Assembly: GCF_037042905.1 (NCBI RefSeq) | Contig: NC_087251.1 | Span: 37,388,001 to 37,452,000, forward strand | Origin: Lytechinus pictus | Taxonomy: Eukaryota | Direction of reading: 5' to 3' | Length of the DNA: 64,000 nucleotides | In this document: positions 13,711-27,200 of the stretch, piece after piece | Position numbering within the stretch: the stretch's first letter is position 1 | Layout of the letters: every line of letters starts with the position of its first letter | Translations under genes and position numbers: made by a program | Notes under the pieces: model-generated | Told to the model about the DNA's origin: nothing | What the model saw: only the letters and a program-made list of their open reading frames with translations | The model's database searches: none

Positions 13711-15712
13711 TAGACAGCTGGCAGCCGTCTGTTTCGAGGAGTTTTTTAACTTTTTTTTTTTTTTTTTTAAATTTCTCCTCATACACAGACGGCTCGCTAG
13801 CGTGCAGCCACCATTAGGGGACTTGCAATGCAAAATCCCCCCATCGGGGCTCTTCAATTTTTGTCTTTAATGAATAAAAATTTTGAAAATTAACCCGACC
13901 AAAATGCAAATTAATATTCCCTCTTGGCATTAATTGCCAAAAAACGGAGAAAAATCAAGTTAAAAAGAACAAAAACAGTGACTTACCTCGGCTGTCGCGC
14001 AAATTCACTTCCCCGTTTTATCCGATCTTAAGTACATAAACATATGGCCATTGAGTCCCCTGTACAGATCGCGCTAGAACTTCGGTCTCTGTATTTGGTG
14101 AGTGAAGCCAACGGAGTTCAGCTGAACAACCAACATAACAGAGACCGAAGCTTTTGGTCTAGGAATGACCCAGTCGTCATTTCGAAATAAAAGGTTCAGG
14201 TGACGATGAAGACCAACTATTTTTCCGATAATATCGATATCAAACGAAGTCGCAGACTGTAAGACAAGATTGCCTTCGTGAAATGGAAAGCGCTGATTTG
14301 TCGCCAATCTTCCTATCTCGGAATAATGGTCCTAGGACGTTCCTACGTATCGCTCATCTCGTCGTGCAACAGGCCCCCGGCCCCTTGAGCTCTTCTTCAC
14401 TTCTGCAACGAAGCCCCAAAGTTAGGCGCGCCTTACTGCGGCAGCCCGTCCCAGACCCAGCAGGGGCTAGCCGTCCCCGCCGCGCTGGCGCTGCCTTTCA
14501 AGTTTCATTTGCCTTTTGAGATGCCGATGCATGGACACGGATTTTGAAAATATTTGACATGGATGACACTTGACAGACATAACAGGGATTCATCACAGTT
14601 ACTGATCAGATCTTGCCTAGCTCTAAGAGAAACTTACTATGAAAATGATCAAATTTCATGGTTTCGAAGTCTGGAATTCCTCTCGCTCTCGATCTCGTTC
14701 ATAAACAAAAATATGAAGATAAAATTAGAAAACAAAACTCCTACAATTGTATTGTATGGTGTCCGAAAAAAACATTGAAAAAAAGATCCGAGGATAACAT
14801 GGGTTGATTTGATTTAGGATCTACATCAGTATCGCACAATTATGATTATCAAGTACATGCAATCACAATGCAACAATATTAAGTCATGTTAAATGATTTC
14901 TCATTTGAGGCTATTACTGACATAACTGAAAGTAAACGATCTTTTTTTATGTCGTCCTCGAGTCATGATCGAGTCAGACTCTTTCCCCGGCTTAAGTCTT
15001 GTCTCGGATATTTTTTTTTCATTCTTTTCTTCATTCCATCTTATTTTTCTCCTCCATTCCACTATAATTCTCTCCTCTCTCTCTATTTTACCCCCCCCCC
15101 CCCGCTCCCCCTCTCGATCTCTCCCCCCCTCTCAGTTTCTCTCCACCCCCGCCCCCGCCCCCCCCCTCCCTCTCTCTCTCTAGTCTCTCTCTCTCCCTCT
15201 CTCTCTTGCTCTTTCCAGTTCCTCACCACTTATCCTTTTATTGCAAGGGTGTGTTTTTGTTTGTGGGCCGGTGCATTCTGATTTAATTTAACCATCTTTT
15301 TCATTTTCAGTTTGTATAATTTGTATTGTACTATATAGGGCCGCAAAGTCAAACGCCACTAGTGCAGGCCGAGGTCTCCCGCTGGTTCTTTTATATCTGT
15401 ACTCTTATTTGCCAAATTGATTGAATTGAATACAGTGCAAAGAATAATAAGAGATAGGCATGAAATTTATTTAAAAAAATAATAATAAATTGGAGTAAGT
15501 TTAGGGATCTATTGGTCTAATTATACTACAAGACTTTAAGGAGAGTTAATGATATCCCCATACAGTATTAGGTATAATAACAAATTTAGTTACGCCTTTT
15601 ATATTAAAGTTTTCCTGCAAAAATATGGTTGTTAAAGACTGAAGGAAAAAAGAACAGGGAATGAAATACAGGGAGAAAACATCAAGAAAGATGCACAAAA
15701 ATAATGTATACC

Positions 15713-18110
15713 CAAGGGCGCCGGAAGCGGGGGGGCAGGGGGGCACTTGCCCCCCCCCCCAAATAATTGTTTTGGGGGGGGGCAAAACGAGATTTTGCCC
15801 CCCCCCCCCCCCCCCCCCCAATGTGCCCCCCAGAAGTAGAAAACTTATAAATTATTTAAGGACAAAAGTAAACGATGAAGGCACTTTTCTGCCTAAAAAT
15901 TGTCATTTCCATTGTCAAAATTTAAAAAAATCGCCCCTGACGGGGCAATTACATCATAGTAGGCCCTATACTAAGCCTCGCGTCTTTTGACGAACATGCC
16001 CCTCTGTGAAACATACCTTTCATAAGCCCCTTTTCCATCTTATTACAGCGTGATAACGTTTAACCTTTTAATGAATACATTTCAGACTAAAACCGAATGG
16101 CAAATTGACAGTTGTACACCAATGCATGCTGGCTGTGTCGGCTAACAAACGCGCGGTCGCCCAGAAACGCTCAGACCGGACCCGATATCACTAACGCGCG
16201 TTTACTCGAACGCTAGTTACTCGAGCAACTATATTATGGAATCTATGTCATAGCTGTCAAGCCCAGAAACCATGCATAACATCTCGAGGTCGTCAATATC
16301 TCATATACTTGTTGCCTATGTAAGTCATCCTGAAATTGTAAGTATAGATTAATAAAGATATAGATTTAAATTATGAAAACATATTTCAATTATTTCATTT
16401 TCAACTAAATATAGATTGAGTTAATACAATGATAACAAGTCAGTGCCCTAAAGAAAATACCAAGGTCATTTCAACTCAATATAGACATGTTATCAGAAAA
16501 TTACACACAGAATAATTATGTGTAGAGGATTATAATTTATACTTTGTGAAAATGGTGAATCCCACTCGAAAGCAACTTATAAAATAATGTTTAATAAAAT
16601 CATCTGTGAAAGTGTTTCCTTGATCCGAATCATATTATCCGAGATATGAATAAAAATGTAAATAAAGAATATAAAAGAAAAATAAGCGTTACAGTACTGC
16701 TCTAATATTTTCATAGCCCCGAATTTTCCTCGATTCCTTTTCATTGGCATGATTGGCAGGCGTTTTGTCTGATACTATTTCAGCTCATATGATATAGCAC
16801 TTTTGTATTTTAGATTCCAAGACTCCTTCCCATTACCTGTTACTAATCAGATCGAGAGGCAGCTATGTTCTCTGGTTTATCCCAGCTTTTGTTATTCATG
16901 GATGTATGCAAAAATCTAAAAAAATCCGGGGGTGGGTGGGGCTGCAAGACCTAAATTTTCGAAGATACTTAAGAGTGAGGGGTTTGTGATGGGGGAGCTT
17001 TTGCATTTTCTAGAATAAAATTAAAGGATTTCGTGCACACTTTTGGTGAATTTTGTGAATTTTTGCTCTCTCGATCGGCGGCCCCCGGCTGCGTACGATC
17101 ATGTTTGCCATCTCAAAGTCTTTAAAAGGCCTATATTACTTTGGTTTGAAACAATTTCGTTTTCCAGGCTCGTCATTTGCTGGAACTGCGACCCTGATCA
17201 TGAAGAAACACCAATCTGGGTCAATAGGGAGGAAACAAAACTAGTTATGGTCACATTTCCCCCAGAAAATATGTAAAGAAAAAAGAAGATTTTGAAGGAG
17301 TCATCCAAAAGTGCTTCCCAGCCATACAAAACATGCAAAAGGAAACACATAAATCGAGTAATGTTTTAAACTTTAATGATTTTCAGAAAAGTTTTAAATA
17401 GACAATTAAGCTTGTCATATTTCTTTTTCCTCAAGTTACAAAATATGAAACGTATTGCCCATGCATGGATAATCAGGGACTATCTCCAATGCTGATGTCA
17501 GAAATGATTTGCATAGAATTGGGATTTAAGTGCATGCTTATCGACGTCTGCCACGTCAGAACAGTATGACATTTTGAATTTGAAAAGACATTAATTAGAA
17601 TTTCTTTTGTTTCTGTTGTTACGCTTCTTCTGCTTACTCCTTGTTCTGACAATAATTACTTGAAACTTATGATGATTGTGCTCTCTCGCGTCGTCCGTGT
17701 ATGTAAATGTACATAAATAAATGTTTCTGAAAGGATATTGCATGAAAAATGTAATTTCTGGTATTTTGAGTCAATATAAGCGTAATACGTAAGTTAATTG
17801 ATCAGACATGAAAACCACATTCCGAAGCGATCGTTTTGCGCGTAGATTTCATATAGGTTCTCATAAATTATGAGTATATTCTTTCGTAGTGAATTCTTTG
17901 TATAATTCTCAAGAAATTTATTTTTGAATGCTCTTAGAAACGCAACTTTTATACTCCATTTTTACACAAAGTCCTTACCGTGGGGGGTCCCACACCCTCT
18001 CCCGCTCGATCGCTTCGGTACCTCACGCTGTCAAAAATATTGTGCCCCCTTCGGGATTTTGCCCCCCCCCAAAAAAAAAAAAAAAGAATGAAAGTGTTCC
18101 GGCGCGCCTG
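15713..18110. mobile_element. 2.4-kb non-autonomous hAT-type element
   Basis: TIR CAAGGGCGCCGGAA / TTCCGGCGCGCCTG (12/14 match); exact 8-bp TSD TGTATACC at 15705-15712 and 18111-18118; G/C-run subterminal repeats; no transposase ORF. Confidence 0.85.
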
Positions 18111-18377
18111 TGTATACCTTGTAGCCGCAGATCCACGTGTGGGGCGGGGAGGCCCATCCCGGGGGTCCATCCTTCTGAGTCATTTTGAAATGAACAACAA
18201 TTTGCATAAATGCTGTCACTATCATATCCAAGCCAAAGTGCTCTAAAATACAAATTCACAGTCTTCAAAACTTACAAAATGTTGTATCTTGTCCGCCCCC
18301 TAGTTGACATTTTTTTTAATGGATTTTACCACTTTTTTAGTTTTTGTTTAATATCATTTTGCATAAAGTACAGCATG

Positions 18378-18486
18378 CAGAGGCGGCGGAACTTCAGGCT
18401 CGGACAAAGAAAGTGGAGGGGCACCTTTCGTCTGCCAAACAATAGGTCGGGCCCTCCACTTTCAGCCTGACGTTCCTCCGTCTCTG
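18378..18486. mobile_element. Small hAT-like MITE
   Basis: TIR CAGAGGCGGCGGAAC / GTTCCTCCGTCTCTG (13/15 match); AAGTACAG occurs near both flanks. Confidence 0.55.
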
Positions 18487-19129
18487 AAGTACAGGCACAT
18501 GAAGGATAAAAACACCAGTTGGAGCTGTCGGAATGTTAATTTACTAAACGGCTACACACTGCAATTTTATATCTGTAGGCCTTTATCCAGTGTGAGATTG
18601 AAGAGAAAGATTTATAGCTTCACGGTGTGAAAAGAGAGAAAAAAAAGTTATTCAGGGGAGCAGCAGTTGGTTGATTGATTGATTGATTGCATGACCATTT
18701 AAGTGTAATCATGAACTATGTTTATGGTGGCAGCCTTGCTTTGGCTTGGTGTAAATGGGTTTAAGCAAAAAAGGTCATTAACATGCATAGGGTAATTGCT
18801 CGTCATGGATGCAGCACTTGTGCAGCTAGTCTGCTGATTTTTTTTCCTTATTTTTTTTAATGGGGGGCTGCACTTATAGGCCTAATGCAAATTCACAATG
18901 TTGTGAGGTTGTGATCATTAAAGCACTCTCAGTCAGCCCCGGGCCCAGCGGCCCCCATTGTTTCTGTGTGAACTCGTTCTTGCATGATTGTGGGCTGAAT
19001 GATGGTTGAGCTCAGCATGGACCTACTAGTAGGTCCATGAGCTCAGCAATGATTTTCATGAATTGTGAGGATGGCCCTGACTCCATTTTTATTCATAATT
19101 ATTTCATTTCATTTTATTTATTCATTTTA

Positions 19130-19240
19130 TGCACAGTGCCGGTATGCGCTACTTTTGATCGCTTGTTTCAGTTTTACGTCATCGCAGCTGCAGCGGTGAT
19201 TTTACTGCACTGTTGCAAGTCGCCAAGTGGGCGTTTCACC
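19130..19240 (+). promoter_or_regulatory. Candidate promoter / non-coding first exon of the GPR137 gene
   Basis: Local CpG-rich patch (about 19130-19570) with a CRE-like TTACGTCA and a donor-like CCG|GTGAGA at 19240/19241. A matching strong acceptor (T-tract, ttctag|) sits at 20737/20738 upstream of the ATG. Inference only. Confidence 0.4.
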
Positions 19241-20858
19241 GGTGAGAAAACCTTATTATTTAACCATTTCGATATTCACTAAGGTCGTTTAGACCCCTCA
19301 GTGTAATATATTATTAATTACTTATTGTGTTTCAAATCTTCCAAAATAGTTCGTACTATCGTGGCTTTTGCACTGTCCGACGAAATCAAACAGTGGTGTT
19401 TCTCGCACAACTAAAGCCTTTCTTTCGCGGGTCTGTTGCCGCCTGCCGGGCGCTGTGGCTATGCGCGATGCGGCTGGTGGCGGCAGTGGCACTGGGACGA
19501 ATGTGTGGATCGATTTCGTTGGGCGCGCAGCGCAGCCTGGACCTGATGCGAAAGTGCATTTGTAATTGTGCCTAGTTCATGTCCATCAATAGCATCCGCC
19601 AATAAACTATTTTTTTCTGCAACTGCAACTATTTTAGCTCAGTTTTCTTTAGACCCTTGCCAAAGCCAAATTTGTTTTTTAGCAAAAAAAACATGAAAGA
19701 AGCATGACATAATTTCATAATTTGATGAATGATGGAAGAAATGATTGAGTAAAACTAAGTAACGTTAAAAGTTAACTTTAGAAGGAAAGAGTTAAGAGAG
19801 ATTATGATGAGAACAGACAGGGGCCGGGCCTTGTGAGGTGAAGGTATTGAAAAATGAAAGAAAGAGAATCAACAAAATGTAAAAGTGAAAAATTTGTACC
19901 AGAGTAAATTACAAGTTTTGTTACTGTTACGGGTGTTGTGAAAATGAATAAGGGTGAGTGATTTGAGGCTTGAAAATAACTCGGGCTTTAGTGCAATCGG
20001 CTGTGTAGAATGTGGTCTGATTTAAACTTTCCTTCTTCTGATCCAGTTTATTGTTAAATTTCTTTCAAATTGTTTTGCATGGAAAAAATATGAGTAAAAT
20101 TAGCTGTGATATTACTGCTGGTAGAAATACATGTAATTCTGCCCCCCTCCCAACAGGGGGAAAAATTTGAGGCTGTTTAAAGTGAAAAAACTACCAATTA
20201 ATATCAACAAGTTTCAACTAACATTTGATTTCTTAATAAAAAAGTAACAAATTTTCTTGAATTCCAAAATATATGAGTAAATTGGAATAGCATGGGATAA
20301 TGAAACCTTGATTTATTTCCTGCATGGAAAGTTAAAATTGCATATTCAATATTCTATCTTTAAAGATTATATAAAACTTAACATTAATCAGGGTAAAATC
20401 ACAATTAAGGCTGTTCTTTAGCTGATGTATCTCTTTTCTTTCATGGCTATCAACAACCCATTAGTGATATTTGCTCACTGGCAATTTCTAGTAGTTTCAT
20501 ATATCACGACATACAACTACAAGATATCTATATGGATATTTATTAGAACAAAGTCTTAAGATTTCTTTGATTTACCTTGGTATTGGGAAGGTTTTCATTA
20601 TTACAGGATTATGCATTATATCCTAACTCCTCACAGATTTTTAGATTCACAAGAAGCATAGTAAAATTTTATGAATTAAATAAAAAAGACATTGGCAGGT
20701 ATTTAATTCTCATAACTCTTTTCTTTTTTTATTCTAGATATCAGCAGGGCAAGGTTTGATGCCGTAACTTCCCTTGGAGCTGAGATGCTGAATCTGGGAC
20801 TTTGGCTCAAAGTACTCATTTCACATAGTACCCTCTGAAGAGGACTCAACAAGCCAAA

Positions 20859-21221
20859 ATGTCTCTCCCAAGCACTCTTGCCCCGCTCCCTACCATGCCT
20901 CCCATGCAGCCCATCGTGTCGCCGCACGTGGAACGCGCCCTCGCCGTCACCTTCATTGTTCTCTACGGGCTTCTCTTTCTCTTCATCTACATCCAGCTGT
21001 TCTTGATCCTATACTACGGGCACAAGCGCTTCAGTTATCAGACCGTGTTTCTCTTTCTGTGCCTGTTCTGGTCGGCACTAAGGACTACCCTCTTTTCCTT
21101 TTACATCATCAATGCATCTGAGGTGAATATGCTTGCATTCATTGTCTACTGGCTTCTGCTTGGGTTTCCTGTGTGTCTCCAGTTCACTAGTCTCTGCCTG
21201 CTTATCTTATATTTTGCCCAG
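20859..21221 (+). CDS. GPR137B: GPR137-family coding exon 1 (121 codons, TM1-3)
   Basis: AAAATG start; MSLPSTLAP...LILYFAQ; donor CAG|GTAAGT. Confidence 0.93.
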
Positions 21222-24200
21222 GTAAGTCAAGACGAAGTTCCTGAATGTCACAATTACACCAGCGAACGGACTCTAGATTGTTGAAATCTATTATGATATT
21301 TCCAGTAACATAGAATTGGTCAGTTTGGAGAGTTTAGTTTCATTGGAGTGACTGTCCCATAAATATTACATGAAATTTAAATTTCACACCTTGGACCCTG
21401 GGGGGCCACCTCTATTGACGAATGGATACCAGGCATGACCATATAGGGTTTTGCAAAGCACCCTAAACAAGTATTTTCCATATGAAAATGCACCCCTTAA
21501 CTTGTCCCTTAGCTTGACTTACATTGGGTGTAGACTGTAGTACCACCCACTCATTCAATGTTATGATATTATGATGTTATGATATAACCTTGTTCTCTGT
21601 TACATCTCCATGTGTGGCAAAATAAGGTTGGCAATGTTTGGCTTCTTTTCTCTTTTTCTTTGGGACAAATGCTAAATTTTTTGTACACTGTCAGTTTCCA
21701 TTACAGCTATTCATCATATAACTTGGCTCTTAAGTAAATTTGATTTTTTTAATAATTTTTTCTTGATAAAAAAAGAGATTGAAAAATGAAAATTTTCTTG
21801 CCATATTACTTTCCACCAAAAGAGGGCGTACACAAAAATATGCCAAAAATTTAAGTTTTTGAGCACTCTGGTGAATACAAAAATTATTCCCAAATTACTA
21901 ATGAACAATAAATTGCAACTGTATGGAAATTAGTAATTTTGGTTACCAAAGTGATATTTTAATGATTAAATTTTAAAGTGTGTGCTCTAAACACGTAGTG
22001 TTGGTGCAAAAAGTACATCCTTTATAAAGCATTTGTCTTTTTTTGATACCCTTTCAAATTTGACAGTAAACACGTAGCTCTCCAAGCAAAATATATATAT
22101 ACCCCTTTTCAGTATTTTGACACCCTTATTACATTGTGTACATAACGTACACAATCTTGAAAAAGAGATCTTTTTTACATGTACATGTTTCTTTGGTTGC
22201 GCCACTCGTTAATGGAAGTGCCCCTCCCCCCCCCCCCCTGGGCCTTAGACTTATTTCTTGATCAGAGCACTAGCACTTTAGTGAGTAATGAAATGAGATA
22301 AAGGAAAATTTCCATTAGTTTTTCATTGAAAAATTATAGTATTCATGACATTCATGTTACTTGTGATACATGTATCTTAAAGAAATTGCTCTCATAAATA
22401 AATGTTACCACTTTACATGTAGCCTAAAACCTGCAATAGGTCAACACACTTGCATGATTTGTCATACTCCTGCAAGATTTGTGCCAAATAAAAGAGTTAA
22501 TGAAATGAGATGGTATTGCCCATTTCTTCTAGAGCTTCTTTGCTATAGAACTGCATATATCACTTTTCTACAGTTTGATTGATCTATCTGTTGACTTTTA
22601 TTATTATTTTATTTTTGTAGTAGACTATATTTTTTAACAAGAAGAAAACATCTGTGTTAATCAAAGCCAGAGAATTACTTTAATTTTTGTGATATAATAA
22701 TAGAAAATTTCTCAACATGTAAGTTCTGTACACTCTTATGTAAAAATCAGCTTCACAAGAGACTTTTTTGTAGCAGTCTTTATATGGAGCAAATTGCAAT
22801 GCGATACCAGGAAAATTATTTCCTGGAAGCCTATATTTAGTTGGTGATTCCCTCAAAGGTGAATGTTGCTATTCCAATTCATTGAAACACGTATGCCCTA
22901 AAACAGTTATAATGTTGAGATTCAATAAATTTTGTAATTTTGCTTGAAATTTATTTGATTGGCTGGCTGCCTGATCAAAATAAAATGTCTGGGTAATTTT
23001 TTATGTTTGATGTTAAAACACTTTAAACTCAAGCATGAATTGGCTGAAAATTTCAGCATATGATCTTTGTCTGTAGCCTGTAAAATATCCAAACACTTAA
23101 TTTGTAAGATACATGTAGGTGCTCAGATTGTCATTTTTAAAGAAAGATATAAGTATTGAAGAGAGAGGGCACTAGATGCATGAAATATAATTTTTTTATC
23201 AACAATCGTTGAAAGAAAGATACAGATGACGCACTACTACTTCAGTATGTATGTAATTCACATTATTGACCCTTTACCCGGGGGGCCACTTACATTGACG
23301 AGTGGATACCATGCGCGACCAAAAAACACGTAAAAAGGATGTCTTTTTCAAGATAGGGCACGTTACGTACGTAACGTGATAAGGGTGTCAAAAACACAAA
23401 TAATGAAAAAAGGGTATCTATTTCGCTAGGAAAGCTACGTGTTTAGGGTCAAATTTGCGGGAATGATAAAACAAAATTAAATTTTTTTATAAAGGATGTC
23501 CTTTTAGCCCCAACACTACGTGTTTAAAGTCCGATTTGCGCGAGATGTGGAAGGTGGGGCCGTACTTAACCAAATGATGTGTAAAGGTAAAAGCGACGAC
23601 CGACGGACCCGTGACATAACAATAAAATATTGCTGTACTTGTTTAGGGGTTCATTTCAGGGAATACTTGCCAAGAGTACCGTTTTATTTCCAATACTTGT
23701 TAAGGGTAAGGTTTCACACGCCAATACTTGTTAAGGGGTGCATTTTCAGAATATGGAAAATACGTGTTTAGGGTGCTTTTCGAGACCCCATGGTCGCGCA
23801 TGGTATCCACTCGTCAACGGAAGTGGCCCCCCGGGACCCTTTACCATTTGAAGTGTTACATCTGTAGGCTTTGTTTGTTGATTCACTTTTTAAATTAACT
23901 TTCATCCCACATGACATTCAAAGCTTTGTAAATTACTAATTTTTCAAAGACTTTCATACATTTCCTTTTGCAAGCTGTTTTCTAATTTTTCTGTTCCCTT
24001 TATTATTAGCCTTTATAAATAGTGTCTGCCTTATAGTCTGTCCACTTTAGGTGCCTTGCTGTTGCTATACGTTTCTAAAAGGCATTATGTTTTAAATAGA
24101 CTATTCTTTAAAAATAAAAGTTTAATTTCAAACTTGACTTACACCTCAGTTGGGGGACATTAATAAATATTGGTGGTATCAATCTGAAGGTCAAACATCA

Positions 24201-27200
24201 CAAAAGTCATTAATTAGAATTTAAGATAATGTACATGAAAATAACTCACTCATGATAACTGTTTGATATCAAATTCAAACTAGGCTCTTATTACCAATGA
24301 TAACTTGAGTAGTTTTGGGGGCTTAACCCTATATTGATATAGGCTGGGTTATTTGAAATTGCACGGGGGGGGTAAATCTTGGCTCTTGCAAGAAGAATTG
24401 GCACATGCTTATGTCATCAATGATGTAATCGGCAAAATGTTATTGTTAATTGTACCAAAATTATAGTTTCGCAGTTAACAGTTCTGGAATGGTAAAAAAA
24501 AAAATTGGGATGGCTTTATACCCCCCCTCGGGTAAGACAGGGTTAAGAGGCCTTGCGTTATATAGGTTACATGTACATAATGTACATAAGTTCATAAGTT
24601 CATTTTATTTGTCTTCCAACTTAGAGTTTGAATACATGACAAACATATAAGTGTGTATGAAACAATAAGCAGAGTAGGCCTACATGATAAAACATACAGG
24701 TATATATAAAACAGAGTATGCAGAAATCATTGTTTTTAAATACGTTATACAGCTTAAGACAGAAAAGAAATAATTTTAAAGGAAGACGAGGAGACCTAAG
24801 TGAAGCAATGCTTGTAAATTAAGGTTCCTCATTACGAATTCAAAGAACATTGGATAAACAACAAAGAAATGGCAATATAATATAATATGATAACTAAAGA
24901 GAGAGGCGGGGAGAGAAGAGGGACACATTTATGTACAAAAGGGACAAAAAAGGGAACATGAGGACAGAGACCAGCCAGGCCCGGGAAAGGGCGGGATGTT
25001 AAGTATTGATAATTTAGCATTTGAAACTGATAAATAACACACGAAAAATAGGCTTTACGAATCACTTCCATAGTTACTCAGTAAATAAGATTTCAATTTT
25101 CGTTTAAACACTGTAGAACTGACAGCATGTGTAATGTCAGGGTCAAGTGCATTCCAAAACCTGGGTCCAGTGCAAACTAGAGTGCCCAAAGTGAACTTTG
25201 TTCTTGCACGAGATATATGGAGAGTGGAAGATTGTCTAGTATTGTAATTGTGTACTTGACTACTTTTCTTAAATATCAGTGCCAGGGCTGAAGGGAGACT
25301 TCCTGAATCAAAATCATACATAAGAGATCCTAGCTGCATAAAGTAGATATCTTCCACTTTCATTAAGTGATTGTCATGAAATAAAACATTTGTATGGGCA
25401 CGATAACTGACATTACATATACTTCTAATAGCTCTCTTCTGAACAATGAATAATTTTTGCAATTGCGTTTTAAGTGAGTTGCCCCAGGCAAGCACACCGT
25501 AGTTTAAGTAAGGAACAATTAATGAGGAGGGGTTGCTAGCCGAAAACAGCTTTTCTTGTGGAAAAAAAGAATATGCAAAATGCATGTTAGAGTGAGGATG
25601 ATCTGAATACGTGTACATGTAGACATTGAGGGTCAATGTCAAAGGTCATACTGTATGAGTCATAGCTTGTTGTTACAAAATTCAAAAAAGTCTCCTAATG
25701 CCCCACCCCTGATGTTGTCAGCAACACTGTTATGTTAATGAAAATTTGCATGTGACGTAATCTCCAAGATGATTTTTTTTTCACTATGTAACTAACACTT
25801 TGAACTTGTTTTAATTGCTATTTGTGTGTGAATTTGATTTCTCTTTTATCAATTACTAAATGATTATTCAAGTGGGAAGATTTTTTGAAGTCTAAGTTAT
25901 AGTATTCTAAACTTAATTGGCTTCTTAAAATTTTTGGGGGTATTTTTTTCAATTTTTGTTTTCAATCCTTGAAATATTTTTTAAAACTAAAATTTGGTTG
26001 CAAAGGATGCACAAAATACATAAAGAAGTGAGAAATTTTGCTGGGAGCTTCTCATAGCAAAAGGGCTGAATCTGCCCTCCCTTTTTCAGTGTTTACCTGA
26101 TTTATGAAATTTAGTACATTAATAATTTTGATTGACATACATTTTGTGTGGAAATGATTACATGTAACATAGGTAGATGTCAACTTTTAGCCTGAAAATG
26201 GCACTATTCCCAATATCCGTGTAGGCCCCTACATGAATCTCTTTCATCTCTGTCGCTTTTGTACTATTCTACATTAAAATTCTATGAAATTTGCTCCTCC
26301 CCTTTCCAATGGTTCGATCCCTGTCCCCTTTCATTCTGAAATGGTTGGGGCTATGCCAAGTTTTATATTTTTAGCTGTGGTTATTTATGGAGTGCTCACA
26401 GGAAAGGGACTGTCGGCTTCGTTAATGCTAAACAGGATTTCTGCAACATTTCCTTCGATCTTGAGAACATGTTTTTAACTCAATATTGTGCATTTCATTG
26501 TAGCAAAGATAGACTTAAGTCGTCTGGTGCTAATTAAGGGTTTTTGGGTAGAATCAAAAATGTCATTTTCCATGTCATTGGCCATTGTTTGTCTGTTAAT
26601 TATGTAATATTTTAGAATTTAAGAAAAACATATCAAAGAGCACAAATTTTAGATTCTATTTGAAATGTATTGGAAATGGTTTCTTGTGTGCATTTGATCT
26701 GTTGGATATAATTTTCATTCCAATATTATCTGTAAGCCTCCTATTATGGTCAGATTATGCCATTTCACCGATATGACATCACTTGCAGAAAGGCCTATTT
26801 TATTGTAATTATAGTGATTTTCCGTTTTTACAACGGGATGGTATTGATTTTCATGGCACGATTACATTCCACTCTTTATTTCTCCCTACCCCACATATTT
26901 ATAGACCTTAAGAGCTACCACACATGGACCTCCCATGGCGCTAAAGGGAAATATATCTTGGTATAATTACATGGTTTGTGCGAAGACAATGATAAAGAAA
27001 AATGACAAAGTGAATGTGAAAAAAAAATCAGCAATGAATATTGAAAAGTTTTGGTTGTTTGAACAATGATATCATTAGTGCATAACTATGTAAATTTCAT
27101 ATTGACATTGTGGTAGAAACAACTCGCTCATTTTATTTATGATCCTATAATTTGCTTCCATTTTTTTTCCAGCACATTTAATATTTCTGTACATGTAGAT

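Noticed and set aside
12212..13817. Pair of near-identical ORFs on opposite strands (104 and 133 aa)
   Set aside because: Mirror translations of the palindrome arms, with non-ATG starts and no recognisable domain
4732..14377. Inverted GGGCCTGTTGCA ends that might bound one 9.6-kb Harbinger-like element
   Set aside because: The flanking trinucleotides do not match as a TSD and this terminus is common among local MITEs, so these are probably independent fragments
15546..18470. Gly/Pro-rich ORFs
   Set aside because: They arise from G/C homopolymer runs in hAT element termini
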